From Minisyncoccia bacterium (GTDB lineage Bacteria > Patescibacteriota > Minisyncoccia > Phycocordibacterales > UBA9973), in assembly GCA_038251535.1 (NCBI GenBank), contig JBBSBF010000001.1, positions 2,232 to 66,231 on the forward strand: 64,000 nucleotides of DNA, given 5' to 3'. Positions 46,481-55,152 of the stretch are shown here, piece by piece. Each line of letters opens with the position of its first letter. Position 1 is the stretch's first letter. Made by a program: the position numbers and the translations under genes. A model generated the notes under the pieces. That model saw only the letters and a program-made list of their open reading frames with translations. It was not told the DNA's origin and ran no database searches.

Positions 46481-47101
46481 CTATCTATTCCAGAAATAGG
46501 CGAACAGGAAAATAATCACACCGCCACAGATAACAATCCATAAACGTAAGAGGAAGACCCTGATAGGAGTGTCGTGTACTTCAATAGGTGAACTAAACCA
46601 ACCAAAAGGACTTATAAAGCGTTTAATAATATTTTTCTGTATTGCTGAATAGATGATTACCCATTCTGCAACAAAAACATCTTTTCCGTTTTGGTTCATT
46701 CCTTTGATCTGCCAGATACATTCTGCGTGACATTTTGTCTCTGGAAGTTTTTTCTGTAAAAGTGTATAGGTATACATTATCTTATCTCCCATATTTACAG
46801 GGCGTAGGTAACGAATATTGTTATAACCTTTTGCAATAATTTCTGTAGGTTCGGCAAACTTGAGAATTTTAAAAATAAAACTTTCAGCTTGTGCCAGTGT
46901 GCTAATACCATGTCTAGCTAATCCGCCAAGTTTTGATTTGAAGTTTGTGGTCGTAAAGGGGTTAATATGAATGGGATTTAAATCGCCAGTCAAAAATCCA
47001 AACAGGAGTGTCCACAAGTATTTCGCCTTTTTCTTTGGGGAAGTATAGGTGTAGTTTTCTGGAATAGTAGCTATGTCTGAGTAAGATTTAAGGTACAACA
47101 T
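46481..47101 (-). CDS. Hypothetical protein with C-terminal TM (206 aa), cassette ORF 2
   Basis: Intact ORF; minus-strand terminator ctgcatcaa-ttg-ttgatgcag at 46453-46475. Confidence 0.45.
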   Translation of the reverse strand: MLYLKSYSDIATIPENYTYTSPKKKAKYLWTLLFGFLTGDLNPIHINPFTTTNFKSKLGGLARHGISTLAQAESFIFKILKFAEPTEIIAKGYNNIRYLRPVNMGDKIMYTYTLLQKKLPETKCHAECIWQIKGMNQNGKDVFVAEWVIIYSAIQKNIIKRFISPFGWFSSPIEVHDTPIRVFLLRLWIVICGGVIIFLFAYFWNR

Positions 47102-47140
47102 GCTATATGATTTTTCTGTATATTACATACTATTTATAAT

Positions 47141-47181
47141 TTGTCAATAATTCGGTTCGAATATCGTCCCAGGCCCTCAGC
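47141..47181 (+). repeat. Cassette boundary repeat R2 (tRNA-T-arm-like)
   Basis: ttgtcaataattcggttcgaatatcgtcccaggccctcagc; followed directly by element copy A2, exactly as the tRNA-Gln 3' end is followed by A1. Confidence 0.65.
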
Positions 47182-47307
47182 TTTGAGTGCAAATCACTGC
47201 AAGGGGATTTTGGTTCCGTTTACTATAGGTCCCAATTTTAAGAAAGGGAGTGATTATAAAAATAGTGGATCTCGACCAACGGAAGAGGCGAGTCCTAGTT
47301 CCCCAAC
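47182..47307 (+). repeat. tRNA-3'-end-associated element, copy A2
   Basis: ~95% identical to 45832-45959; ends gagtcctagttccccaac. Confidence 0.7.
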
Positions 47308-47364
47308 AAGTAAAAATAAGCAATAAAAAAAGAAGCAATTTTAATGCTTCTTAATAACTTTGTA

Positions 47365-47640
47365 CTAAAACCCATCTAATAAAAGTCTTGTGAACGCTAT
47401 CGTCCACATGACGATCAATCCGTATATATCTGCAGGAATTGTTTTCTGTGCCCCAGAATGTATGCCGTAGCCGATTCGACCAATGAAGATCGTACCCGAT
47501 AGAAAGGCAAAGAGGAAACTGGAGTGTATATGATGAGTAGTTATTCCAAAATATAATTCGTACCCGCCACCAATAGTTACATAAATAAATACAATGATTT
47601 TTGTTATGTTGCCCCATTTAGCAGCTTTTAGACTATTCAT
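47365..47640 (-). CDS. Small membrane protein (91 aa), cassette ORF 3
   Basis: Three predicted TM helices; preferred over the overlapping W/C-rich 47351..47617 frame; terminator hairpin at ~47318-47348. Confidence 0.4.
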   Translation of the reverse strand: MNSLKAAKWGNITKIIVFIYVTIGGGYELYFGITTHHIHSSFLFAFLSGTIFIGRIGYGIHSGAQKTIPADIYGLIVMWTIAFTRLLLDGF

Positions 47641-47685
47641 TTGTAAACGTTTTAATTAATTGTATTATAGCATTATTATTCTATA

Positions 47686-47729
47686 TTGTCAATGTAATAC
47701 AAGTTCTAACATCGTCCCACAGCCTCAGC
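47686..47729 (+). repeat. Cassette boundary repeat R3
   Basis: ttgtcaatgtaatacaagttctaacatcgtcccacagcctcagc. Confidence 0.65.
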
Positions 47730-47776
47730 TCGTAAAATGGAAATAAAAAAGTCTCTCAAAAAAGAGAGACTCTGGT

Positions 47777-48178
47777 TTAATTATTTCCCGCATTTTTCTT
47801 TGAAAGTAAATCAAGCTGCATGTCGATATCTATATCTTCCAATTTTGTATTTGGAAGATCGATTTGTAGACCAATACTTACAGAAAATTTATGCCCTTCA
47901 TTATTTAGGATACCTTGCAATTTTTCTTGAAGGAAAAGGTATTCACCCATAGGGGGTAAAATAATTTCTATTTCTTCAACAATTATTCCTTTGCGTACAC
48001 AGCTTCCTGCAAGAAACCCTATAATATGAAGTAGCTCTTTTTCAAACCCACGCATGTCTTCATTTTTGATAATAACAGGAATAGAAGCGGGTAAAGATTT
48101 TGTATAGGGAAGTATAATTTTAAAGAACTGGTTAGGTTGACGAACACAATACACAGTTTCAAAAGAAGTATTTATCAT
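47777..48178 (-). CDS. Hypothetical protein (133 aa), cassette ORF 4
   Basis: Intact ORF; minus-strand terminator agtctctc-aaaaaa-gagagact at 47748-47771. Confidence 0.45.
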   Translation of the reverse strand: MINTSFETVYCVRQPNQFFKIILPYTKSLPASIPVIIKNEDMRGFEKELLHIIGFLAGSCVRKGIIVEEIEIILPPMGEYLFLQEKLQGILNNEGHKFSVSIGLQIDLPNTKLEDIDIDMQLDLLSKKNAGNN

Positions 48179-48217
48179 CTTTTATTGTTTTTAGTATAAT
48201 GCTATATATTAACAATA

Positions 48218-48259
48218 TTGTCAATGATTTTAGTTCCAATATCGTCCCACAGCGCCAGC
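48218..48259 (+). repeat. Cassette boundary repeat R4
   Basis: ttgtcaatgattttagttccaatatcgtcccacagcgccagc. Confidence 0.65.
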
Positions 48260-48296
48260 AAACACAAAGGAATCGAACTTTTAGTATAATTAAGGC

Positions 48297-48845
48297 ATGT
48301 CAATAAAAATTACATATTTTGTTCATGGGACTACGACTGATAATGAGAACAATATTTCTTCAGGATGGAAAGATGTCCCACTTTCTGATCTCGGAATTAA
48401 GCAATCAATAGAACTAAAGGAACAAACGAAATATCAGAAATTTGATATAGTATTTTGCTCTGATTTAAGGCGCGCAGTTGATTCAGCAAAACTATCTTGG
48501 GAAGGCATGTATGAGATTATTCCTGATGCACGACTACGAGAATGTAACTACGGAAGCTTGAATGGTGCATCATCAGACATAGTTGAACCAATGCAGGAGG
48601 ACGAATGTATTGTGAATAAATTTCCAGAAGGTGAAAGTTATGAAGACGTCAAGATTAGAATTACAGACTTCCTCAAATTTCTAAAAGCTAACTATGATGG
48701 CAAACATATTGCAATAGTTGCTCACAAGGCTCCACAACTAGCTTTGGACGTTTTGATCAAAGGTAAGATATGGAAACAAGCGCTCGCCGAAGATTGGCGT
48801 AAAACTAGGTCTTGGAAACCCGGCTGGGAATATCAGGTTAACTAA
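48297..48845 (+). CDS. Histidine phosphatase superfamily (phosphoglycerate-mutase-like) protein, cassette ORF 5
   Basis: ITYFVHGTTTDNENN (RHG-type catalytic His in the hGtT context)...GWKDVPLSDLGIKQS...; 182 aa. Confidence 0.65.
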   Translation: MSIKITYFVHGTTTDNENNISSGWKDVPLSDLGIKQSIELKEQTKYQKFDIVFCSDLRRAVDSAKLSWEGMYEIIPDARLRECNYGSLNGASSDIVEPMQEDECIVNKFPEGESYEDVKIRITDFLKFLKANYDGKHIAIVAHKAPQLALDVLIKGKIWKQALAEDWRKTRSWKPGWEYQVN

Positions 48846-48848
48846 TCA

Positions 48849-48876
48849 AAGTTCTAACAACGTCCCACAGCGCCAG
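48849..48876 (+). repeat. Cassette boundary repeat R5
   Basis: agttctaacaacgtcccacagcgccagc. Confidence 0.6.
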
Positions 48877-48912
48877 CAAGTAAGTTTCAACATAATTTGA
48901 TATAATCATTTC

Positions 48913-49491
48913 ATGAATGAAGAAATGAAAAGTGGTCCGAGCCCTGAAGAAAAACAAAGATTAGAAAAGATTGCACAAGAAAAGGAAGAAAGTGAATGGT
49001 TACAAGATTACTTATCGAGACAACCTCAAGAGGAAGTGACTACTCCAGAAGAAGCTGCTGAGCTCGTGGCACGTTTTGAAAAATTGACATTGGCCTTTGA
49101 TGCAGCCCATTCTCTTGAGGCATTGCTATCAATAGAAGAAATTTCTTCTGACCTTGCGGAGTTGTACCTCAATGCCCCCATACTCGACAATCCATTACGG
49201 ATAATTGCGGATATAAAAACTTTAGAAAAGCACAATCCTACACACGTACCTATCTATAAAGCAAAGATTGAGAGGCTTCAGTCTTTGGTGTTGAACGACG
49301 AAGAGAAAAGAATATATAACTTGCGAATGGCTGCGCGTAAAGATTATGATTATATGAATATGATATTGGGATTTATTAAAAAATGTTCTTCTTTACCCAG
49401 TGATCAAGTTGAAGCACTTGCAAAACGAAGTAAGACTTACTCAAACGCTATTGGAATACTCAGAAACAATAAAATTGTTCACGATCTTTGA
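48913..49491 (+). CDS. Hypothetical protein (192 aa), cassette ORF 6
   Basis: Intact ORF between R5 and R6. Confidence 0.45.
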   Translation: MNEEMKSGPSPEEKQRLEKIAQEKEESEWLQDYLSRQPQEEVTTPEEAAELVARFEKLTLAFDAAHSLEALLSIEEISSDLAELYLNAPILDNPLRIIADIKTLEKHNPTHVPIYKAKIERLQSLVLNDEEKRIYNLRMAARKDYDYMNMILGFIKKCSSLPSDQVEALAKRSKTYSNAIGILRNNKIVHDL

Positions 49492-49505
49492 TTTTGGCGC
49501 AAATA

Positions 49506-49533
49506 GGTTCCAACATCGTCCCACAGCGCCAGC
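49506..49533 (+). repeat. Cassette boundary repeat R6
   Basis: ggttccaacatcgtcccacagcgccagc. Confidence 0.6.
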
Positions 49534-49846
49534 AAAATAGTTATAAAAAAACCACCCGAAGGCAGTTTAAAATAAGTGTCCAAGTAAGAACAGACTAGGA
49601 CCGTTAAAGGTACGGCCGACGTTCTCGAGAATGATCTTGCTTTGTATTTCGAGTCAGTCATATCAAATGCAGTCTGTATACTTAGACACTTATTAGGTAA
49701 TCAATTCTTCATTCAGCTCTATCTTCTGGGAAATGATAAGGATGTCCGGTCTTGTACTTCAAGATCCTTTGCAGAAGCGGGTGCAGAGATGACAGAAAAC
49801 GTAATTCAATTTGAATGTAGCATAGCTCTTAAAAAAGTTCAAACAT

Positions 49847-49863
49847 CAACCTAGACCTTCAGC
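49847..49863 (+). repeat. Cassette boundary repeat R7 (degenerate)
   Basis: gttcaaacatcaacctagaccttcagc; followed by AAATAAAAAG and a minus-strand terminator, as for R1. Confidence 0.4.
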
Positions 49864-49901
49864 AAATAAAAAGAGTGGCTGTTAGCCACTCTGCAAGTAT
49901 A

Positions 49902-50243
49902 TTATTTATTGCAATATTTTTTTGCTGCGGTATGTAAAACTTTAGGAATATTATTCAGAGCAAGAATCGATTTCGTTTGATATACATACGAAAGTTTCAA
50001 GGATTGAAAATTTTTAACAAAATATTGTTCCACTGATTCTATCGAATCAGTTTCTACTTTTTCATTTCTTGCACATTTACAGATGAACTGAATGAAATCA
50101 CTTTCACACTCAGCTATTTTGATATGAGGTACATTTCTGAGGGGAACAGTTTCTATTTTAGAATTTTCTCTCCGCCTTGTGAATAATACAATTGCAATTA
50201 TTATTGCAACAAAAAGCACTGATAAAATAAATATTAATGTCAT
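49902..50243 (-). CDS. Hypothetical protein with N-terminal TM (113 aa), cassette ORF 7
   Basis: Intact ORF; minus-strand terminator agagtggct-gtt-agccactct at 49872-49892. Confidence 0.4.
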   Translation of the reverse strand: MTLIFILSVLFVAIIIAIVLFTRRRENSKIETVPLRNVPHIKIAECESDFIQFICKCARNEKVETDSIESVEQYFVKNFQSLKLSYVYQTKSILALNNIPKVLHTAAKKYCNK

Positions 50244-50284
50244 ATCTATATATTTTATTCTACTATACTCAATTTAATTTATAT

Positions 50285-50309
50285 GTCAACATCAACCCAA
50301 ACAGCTAGC
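50285..50309 (+). repeat. Cassette boundary repeat R8 (weak)
   Basis: gtcaacatcaacccaaacagctagc. Confidence 0.25.
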
Positions 50310-50344
50310 GAACACTTTTCGGTCAGATTTGATACAATGAAATT

Positions 50345-50554
50345 ATGCAAAAAATAGCAACACGGATATTTATCTACGCATCTATCGTTTTTGGAATTAT
50401 CGGTATGTTGATTGTGGTGACTGCTTCTGGACCAGATATGCCGGATTCAACTGCAACCAAGGTATTGATCCGGCTCTTGTTCGCTACGGTCTTTGTGATC
50501 CTGCCTTCGTTTGCTCTAAGTCTGGCCAGTAAGTACCTAAACGATAAATCATAA
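50345..50554 (+). CDS. Small two-TM membrane protein (69 aa), cassette ORF 8
   Basis: Hydrophobic ORF after R8. Confidence 0.35.
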   Translation: MQKIATRIFIYASIVFGIIGMLIVVTASGPDMPDSTATKVLIRLLFATVFVILPSFALSLASKYLNDKS

Positions 50555-50579
50555 GTACACCACATCCTTAGTTTGTAAA

Positions 50580-51290
50580 TTGGAAATAAAAAAAGCACCT
50601 ACGGGAAAACAAATGAAACTGGTAACGTACAAATTTTTAGAAAACATCATCAACGTTTTTCGCGGGCGTACTATCCTTTGGCACATCTTATTTTGGGGAG
50701 TCAGCTTTGTGTTAGTGAGCAGCGGATTTGACTGGTGGTACTTTGAGCACACTCGTGGAGCGACGGTCCAAGCGATATTGTTCCCACCGGTATTTCTCGG
50801 AATGCTTGTTCCGTTTGGTATGTTCTTCGTGCTCATCACCTGTGGAATGGTGCGAAAAAGTACATCTCTCATACACACTGCCTTTGCCACTGCTCAAGCG
50901 GGCATCCTCGGCTTTGGTATTTCTTCACTCTACAAAGTGTTCACTGGTCGCTCAGGACCACCTGGATTTAGGTCAATGGTGAGTACACTATCCGACACGA
51001 GTCATGGGTTTAAGTTTGGATTTTACCGAGGTGGGGCCTTTCAAGGCTGGCCTTCGTCGCATACTACGGTGGCATTTGCTATGTCAGCCGCTCTTGTTGC
51101 GCTCTATCCCGGCAACGACACAAAGAGCAAGGTCATTCGTTTTGTCGCCATGCTCTATGCGCTCTATATCGGCATCGGAGTCTCAGTCAACATTCATTGG
51201 TTTTCTGACTTTGTCGCCGGAGCTATCTTGGGGACACTCATCGGGCTCGTCGTCGGCAAAGCTTTTTACAACCGATTAAAAAGGCAATAA
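50580..51290 (+). CDS. PAP2-family (type 2 phosphatidic acid phosphatase-like) membrane phosphatase
   Basis: Multi-TM; PAP2 motif elements R(S)GPPGFRS, PSSHT, S...H...D (SVNIHWFSD). Confidence 0.75.
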   Translation: MEIKKAPTGKQMKLVTYKFLENIINVFRGRTILWHILFWGVSFVLVSSGFDWWYFEHTRGATVQAILFPPVFLGMLVPFGMFFVLITCGMVRKSTSLIHTAFATAQAGILGFGISSLYKVFTGRSGPPGFRSMVSTLSDTSHGFKFGFYRGGAFQGWPSSHTTVAFAMSAALVALYPGNDTKSKVIRFVAMLYALYIGIGVSVNIHWFSDFVAGAILGTLIGLVVGKAFYNRLKRQ

Positions 51291-51320
51291 AGAACCTCTC
51301 AACTCTGCTATACTGATACT

Positions 51321-52244
51321 ATGAAAAATAAAATCATTTTTGTAGTACTCAGTCTTGTCGCCATTGTTGTTGTCGGGATATTGTTACAAGGTCATTCGAG
51401 CAACAACATACCGGTACCAGACAACAACACCGCAAGTCCAAAAAACGCTACCTATACAGTCGATGGTCAGGCAGTGACGTTGGTAGATGGTCAGGCGAGT
51501 GTACCTGCTGCTCCTGGTTCAGCATCCAACATCACTACTCAATATGTCGGCGATGAAGTGTCGCATGATTTTGATGGTGATGGCAGGATGGATACTGCAT
51601 TTATATTGACTCAAAACACTGGTGGGAGTGGGACGTTTTATTATGTTGTAGCAGCGCTCAATACAGCAAATGGATATGTGGGTTCTGATGCAGTGCTTCT
51701 CGGAGATCGTATTGCGCCTCAAACGTTGGAAATGTCACAAAATCCATCTACTCCAGATGTGCTCGTCGTTAACTACAGTGATAGGAAACCACAAGAATCT
51801 TTTGTAGTTGCGCCATCAGTTGCAAAGACCATCTGGCTCAAGCTCGATACCAAAACAATGCAGTTTGGTGAAGTCGCACAAGGCTTTGAAGGTGAAGCGA
51901 ATCCATCCAAAATGTCTCTGGGTATGAAGACGTGGAGTTGGGTACAAACGATATACAGCAATGATACAAAGGTAACACCAAAGACAAATAAATTTACCCT
52001 TACCTTTAAAGCCAACAAAACTTTTTCTGCAACAACGGACTGTAACGGCGTGGGTGGGGAATACATCGTGAGTGATGAAAAGATTTCGTTCACCAACATG
52101 CTCTCTACGCTCATGTACTGCAAAGGTTCACAAGAGCAGGACTTTACCAAAATGCTAAGTGAAGCACAAAGCTACATGTTCACTGCAAAAGGCGAACTGG
52201 TTTTCATGTTGAAATACGACAGCGGATCGGTGATTTTCAAATAG
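51321..52244 (+). CDS. Secreted protein with C-terminal META (HslJ-like) domain
   Basis: Signal/TM N-terminus; C-terminal FTLTFKANKTFSATTDCNGVGGEYIVSDEKISFTNMLSTLMYC. Confidence 0.55.
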   Translation: MKNKIIFVVLSLVAIVVVGILLQGHSSNNIPVPDNNTASPKNATYTVDGQAVTLVDGQASVPAAPGSASNITTQYVGDEVSHDFDGDGRMDTAFILTQNTGGSGTFYYVVAALNTANGYVGSDAVLLGDRIAPQTLEMSQNPSTPDVLVVNYSDRKPQESFVVAPSVAKTIWLKLDTKTMQFGEVAQGFEGEANPSKMSLGMKTWSWVQTIYSNDTKVTPKTNKFTLTFKANKTFSATTDCNGVGGEYIVSDEKISFTNMLSTLMYCKGSQEQDFTKMLSEAQSYMFTAKGELVFMLKYDSGSVIFK

Positions 52245-52301
52245 AAATTAGCAAGAACCGTTCTTGCTAAACACCACGACCAAAGATGATATACTAGGGT
52301 T

Positions 52302-52466
52302 ATGCATAATCAAATTGTAAATCATCAAGACTTTTTTGGGACACTATGGATTATCGGGTGGCTCTTTTCGATCGGGTACCTCAACCTAACGTTTTGGAAA
52401 GGGGTTCTCGCACTTTTTGTGTGGCCGTATTTCATGGGAATAAAGTTCCACAATACAAAAAACTAA
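52302..52466 (+). CDS. Small membrane protein (54 aa), hypothetical
   Basis: MHNQIVNHQDFFGTLWIIGWLFSIGYLNLTFWKGVLALFVWPYFMGIKFHNTKN; hairpin agcaagaaccgttcttgct upstream. Confidence 0.3.
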   Translation: MHNQIVNHQDFFGTLWIIGWLFSIGYLNLTFWKGVLALFVWPYFMGIKFHNTKN

Positions 52467-52522
52467 GTTTTGATTAAACCGTCAACAAAGTCCGGTATTG
52501 TGTCATGTGATATACTGATGCT

Positions 52523-52990
52523 ATGAAAAAATTATTGATTGTAATCCTGCTTATTGTAGCAGTAGTGTTGATCGCACGGTCTACTAAAAAGACTTCAGCA
52601 CCAGTAGAAGTACCAACAACGACCCAAACATCCGCCATTGTCGGCTGTTATGTTGCAGGGACAGATAAAGATGTATTTACCATGCACATTGCGAGTCAGG
52701 AAGGACAAGCGGTGGCGGGGGATTTGAAGTTTAACAACTTTGAAAAAGATAGCTCGAGCGGTACCTTTACTGGTACATATACCAATGACACCTTGATCGG
52801 GGATTATACGTTCAACTCAGAAGGAACGACATCGGTGATGCAAGTCGCATTCAAAAAATCCGGACAAGACTTTGTCCGAGGATACACTGATGTGAACGCT
52901 GACGGAACGCAGTTTACCGATGTCTCAACACTGACATACGACGCGTCATCACCGTTGAATGTATTTAAAAAAGGGGAATGCGCTCTGTAA
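52523..52990 (+). CDS. Secreted hypothetical protein (155 aa)
   Basis: N-terminal signal/TM KLLIVILLIVAVVLIA. Confidence 0.45.
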   Translation: MKKLLIVILLIVAVVLIARSTKKTSAPVEVPTTTQTSAIVGCYVAGTDKDVFTMHIASQEGQAVAGDLKFNNFEKDSSSGTFTGTYTNDTLIGDYTFNSEGTTSVMQVAFKKSGQDFVRGYTDVNADGTQFTDVSTLTYDASSPLNVFKKGECAL

Positions 52991-53046
52991 TACGTCCGAT
53001 ACTGTTGTAGAAAAAAAGCCACTCATTTGGGAGTGGCTTTTGTATG

Positions 53047-53583
53047 TTATGCACTTTTTTCGGCATAGCATGTGTTTTGAATTATGAATTTTCCGTATGG
53101 TTCACTGATACTTATGAATTGAGCATCCGTGTTGTGCGGCAAAAATAATCCTTTACGGCTATGTTCTAAATATACATGCTCCGCGTGGATTAAATTTCGG
53201 GCGATGTTATTGTTTGCCCATAGTACGATCATGGAGATTTCCGCATTAATACGGAATATCTGTTTTGGTTTGTAACGATAGAACTCAACTGCTTCTGAGA
53301 ATGTACGGCACTTACCGTTGCTCTTTTCTATTCTGTACGCCCTCTTACGGCTGTCATAATAGGTGCCGGTGCAGTCGTTTCTTGTGCGTACATTCAAACA
53401 AGCTTTTAAAACAGGAATCCAAAAAAAGATACATCTTTTTTCTAAAACAAATTTATTTGTAGCTGTTTGGTGAATACGATAATTTTTTGGTAAACAAGCT
53501 TCTGTAGTTTCGGTAGTGAGGGGTTTATTTTCCATTATTAATTTTTTATGTAGCCTACTGCTAGAAACAGACGTTGTCAACAC
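53047..53583 (-). CDS. Hypothetical protein (178 aa)
   Basis: Intact ORF, basic, Cys-containing; weak resemblance to HNH/NUMOD-type nuclease motifs (NNNIARNLIHAEH) that cannot be confirmed by eye. Confidence 0.35.
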   Translation of the reverse strand: MLTTSVSSSRLHKKLIMENKPLTTETTEACLPKNYRIHQTATNKFVLEKRCIFFWIPVLKACLNVRTRNDCTGTYYDSRKRAYRIEKSNGKCRTFSEAVEFYRYKPKQIFRINAEISMIVLWANNNIARNLIHAEHVYLEHSRKGLFLPHNTDAQFISISEPYGKFIIQNTCYAEKSA

Positions 53584-53626
53584 GTCGTTTGAATGAGATA
53601 TATAAGCATGGTATAACAGTCATGCA

Positions 53627-55135
53627 ATGATAAAAACCATATCAATCAAAAATATCTCACAATCATTCTTGGAAAAGAATATTTTGGATCAAGTATCATT
53701 TAAAGTCACCGCACATGAACGGATGTGTATTGTCGGCGACAACGGCACGGGCAAATCAACACTGTTGAAAATCATCGTCGGTGAGATCGAGCCGACCGCA
53801 GGAAGCATTGAACACAACGGCCATATCCGCTGTTACTACGTTCCTCAGGAGTTCACACCTGAAAATGCGGCCCTGACTATCGAGGCATATATACAAAAGC
53901 ACGGTAGTGTAACTCTTTACAAGAAAATATTTGCCGTTGGACAAAGTCTCGGATACAACCTCGAAAAAAACATGCACATGCAGTGCGCACTCCTCTCTGG
54001 TGGACAACAAAAGGTACTCGCGCTTTCGGTGGGGATTGCAAATGCACCCGACTTTTTGCTCCTCGATGAACCAGAAAACCACCTCGACATCGTGAGTCGA
54101 CTCGAGCTCATGGTACAACTACAGGAATACCGTGGTGGTATTTTGTTCGTGTCACACGATCGACTGATGATTGATTCGGTTGCGACAAAGGTAGCCGAGG
54201 TCGCGACAAAGAAAGTATATATCTCAGAAGGAACGTACGAAGATTACATCGAAAACAGACTCACCCGCATCGCAGGACTGCAACGCAGTTTTGATACTGA
54301 CACCAAACGCATCAAGCAACTGCAAACGATGCTTCCGATTCTTGCGCAAAAAGCATATCGTGGCAAAGACGTGCCGACCTATCTCAAACGCAAAGAAGAG
54401 CTGCGACTGTTGAAAGAAAAACAGGCAGACAGTCCGCGCGCAGATGATACCCGAACAAAAATCAAGCTCGCACACTCGGGAAGTGCGCTACACAACGGTA
54501 AATTGCTCTGCCGTATTACCGATGCAACGTTTGGGTATGACAAAGGAGGGAGCGATATCTTTCGAGATATTTCAGTCGATGTTCGAATTGGTCAACACAT
54601 CGTGTTGCTTGGAAGAAACGGATCGGGTAAATCTACTTTTCTCAAGGCGCTCACCGGAAACGTATCACTCACCAGAGGATCGATCGCGTGGTCTCCTGAT
54701 ATAACGACGAGCTACTTTGATCAACATGCCGTGTTTGACCCCGGGCAAACTCCCGTCGAGATCGTTGTCGAAGCGCTCGCGTGTGATGACAACAAGGCTC
54801 GTGCGCATCTCGGTGCGATGAAATTTACCAAAGAAAAAATGGAAACCATGGTCGGAGAACTATCGGGAGGTGAGCGGATGCGTTTGCGTTTTGCACTCGT
54901 GTTTGGAAGTAAACCAGATGTCATCATTTTGGATGAGCCAACAAACCATCTCGACGAAGTGACCTGGCAAATACTACTCGATGCTTGTAATGCGACGACG
55001 AGCACGATACTGCTCGTTACGCATGATTATGAATTTATAGAAAATCTCGAGTCAAAGTTGTTTTGGCTTATAAAAAACCATGTCTTACGAGAGAGATACA
55101 AAGATCTCAAGGATATCATTGAAGAATTGAGATAA
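53627..55135 (+). CDS. ABC-F family ATPase (two tandem ABC domains, no TM; Uup/EttA-like)
   Basis: Two Walker A sites (GDNGTGKSTL, GRNGSGKSTF); two signature motifs (LSGGQQ, LSGGERMR); two Walker B sites (LLLDEPENHLD, IILDEPTNHLD). Confidence 0.85.
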   Translation: MIKTISIKNISQSFLEKNILDQVSFKVTAHERMCIVGDNGTGKSTLLKIIVGEIEPTAGSIEHNGHIRCYYVPQEFTPENAALTIEAYIQKHGSVTLYKKIFAVGQSLGYNLEKNMHMQCALLSGGQQKVLALSVGIANAPDFLLLDEPENHLDIVSRLELMVQLQEYRGGILFVSHDRLMIDSVATKVAEVATKKVYISEGTYEDYIENRLTRIAGLQRSFDTDTKRIKQLQTMLPILAQKAYRGKDVPTYLKRKEELRLLKEKQADSPRADDTRTKIKLAHSGSALHNGKLLCRITDATFGYDKGGSDIFRDISVDVRIGQHIVLLGRNGSGKSTFLKALTGNVSLTRGSIAWSPDITTSYFDQHAVFDPGQTPVEIVVEALACDDNKARAHLGAMKFTKEKMETMVGELSGGERMRLRFALVFGSKPDVIILDEPTNHLDEVTWQILLDACNATTSTILLVTHDYEFIENLESKLFWLIKNHVLRERYKDLKDIIEELR

Positions 55136-55152
55136 ATGGTATACTAGGAGCA

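Noticed and set aside
47351-47617. Alternative 88-aa ORF overlapping the 47365..47640 membrane-protein ORF
   Set aside because: Its W/C/R/N-rich composition looks like an off-frame artefact. The overlapping frame encodes a coherent three-TM protein.
46401-50309. CRISPR array (regular ~30-nt direct repeats)
   Set aside because: Repeat spacing is 330-750 bp and irregular. Each interval contains a complete gene with promoter and terminator. The repeats are degenerate rather than near-identical. No cas genes are present. This is not a CRISPR.
46401-50309. Canonical (class 1-5 style) integron with attC sites
   Set aside because: No intI tyrosine recombinase or attI/Pc is visible in the window. 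The repeats do not show the R''(RYYYAAC)...R'(GTTRRRY) core-site pair at cassette ends that I can verify. Cassettes are in mixed orientation with their own promoters. I therefore call it 'integron-like' only.
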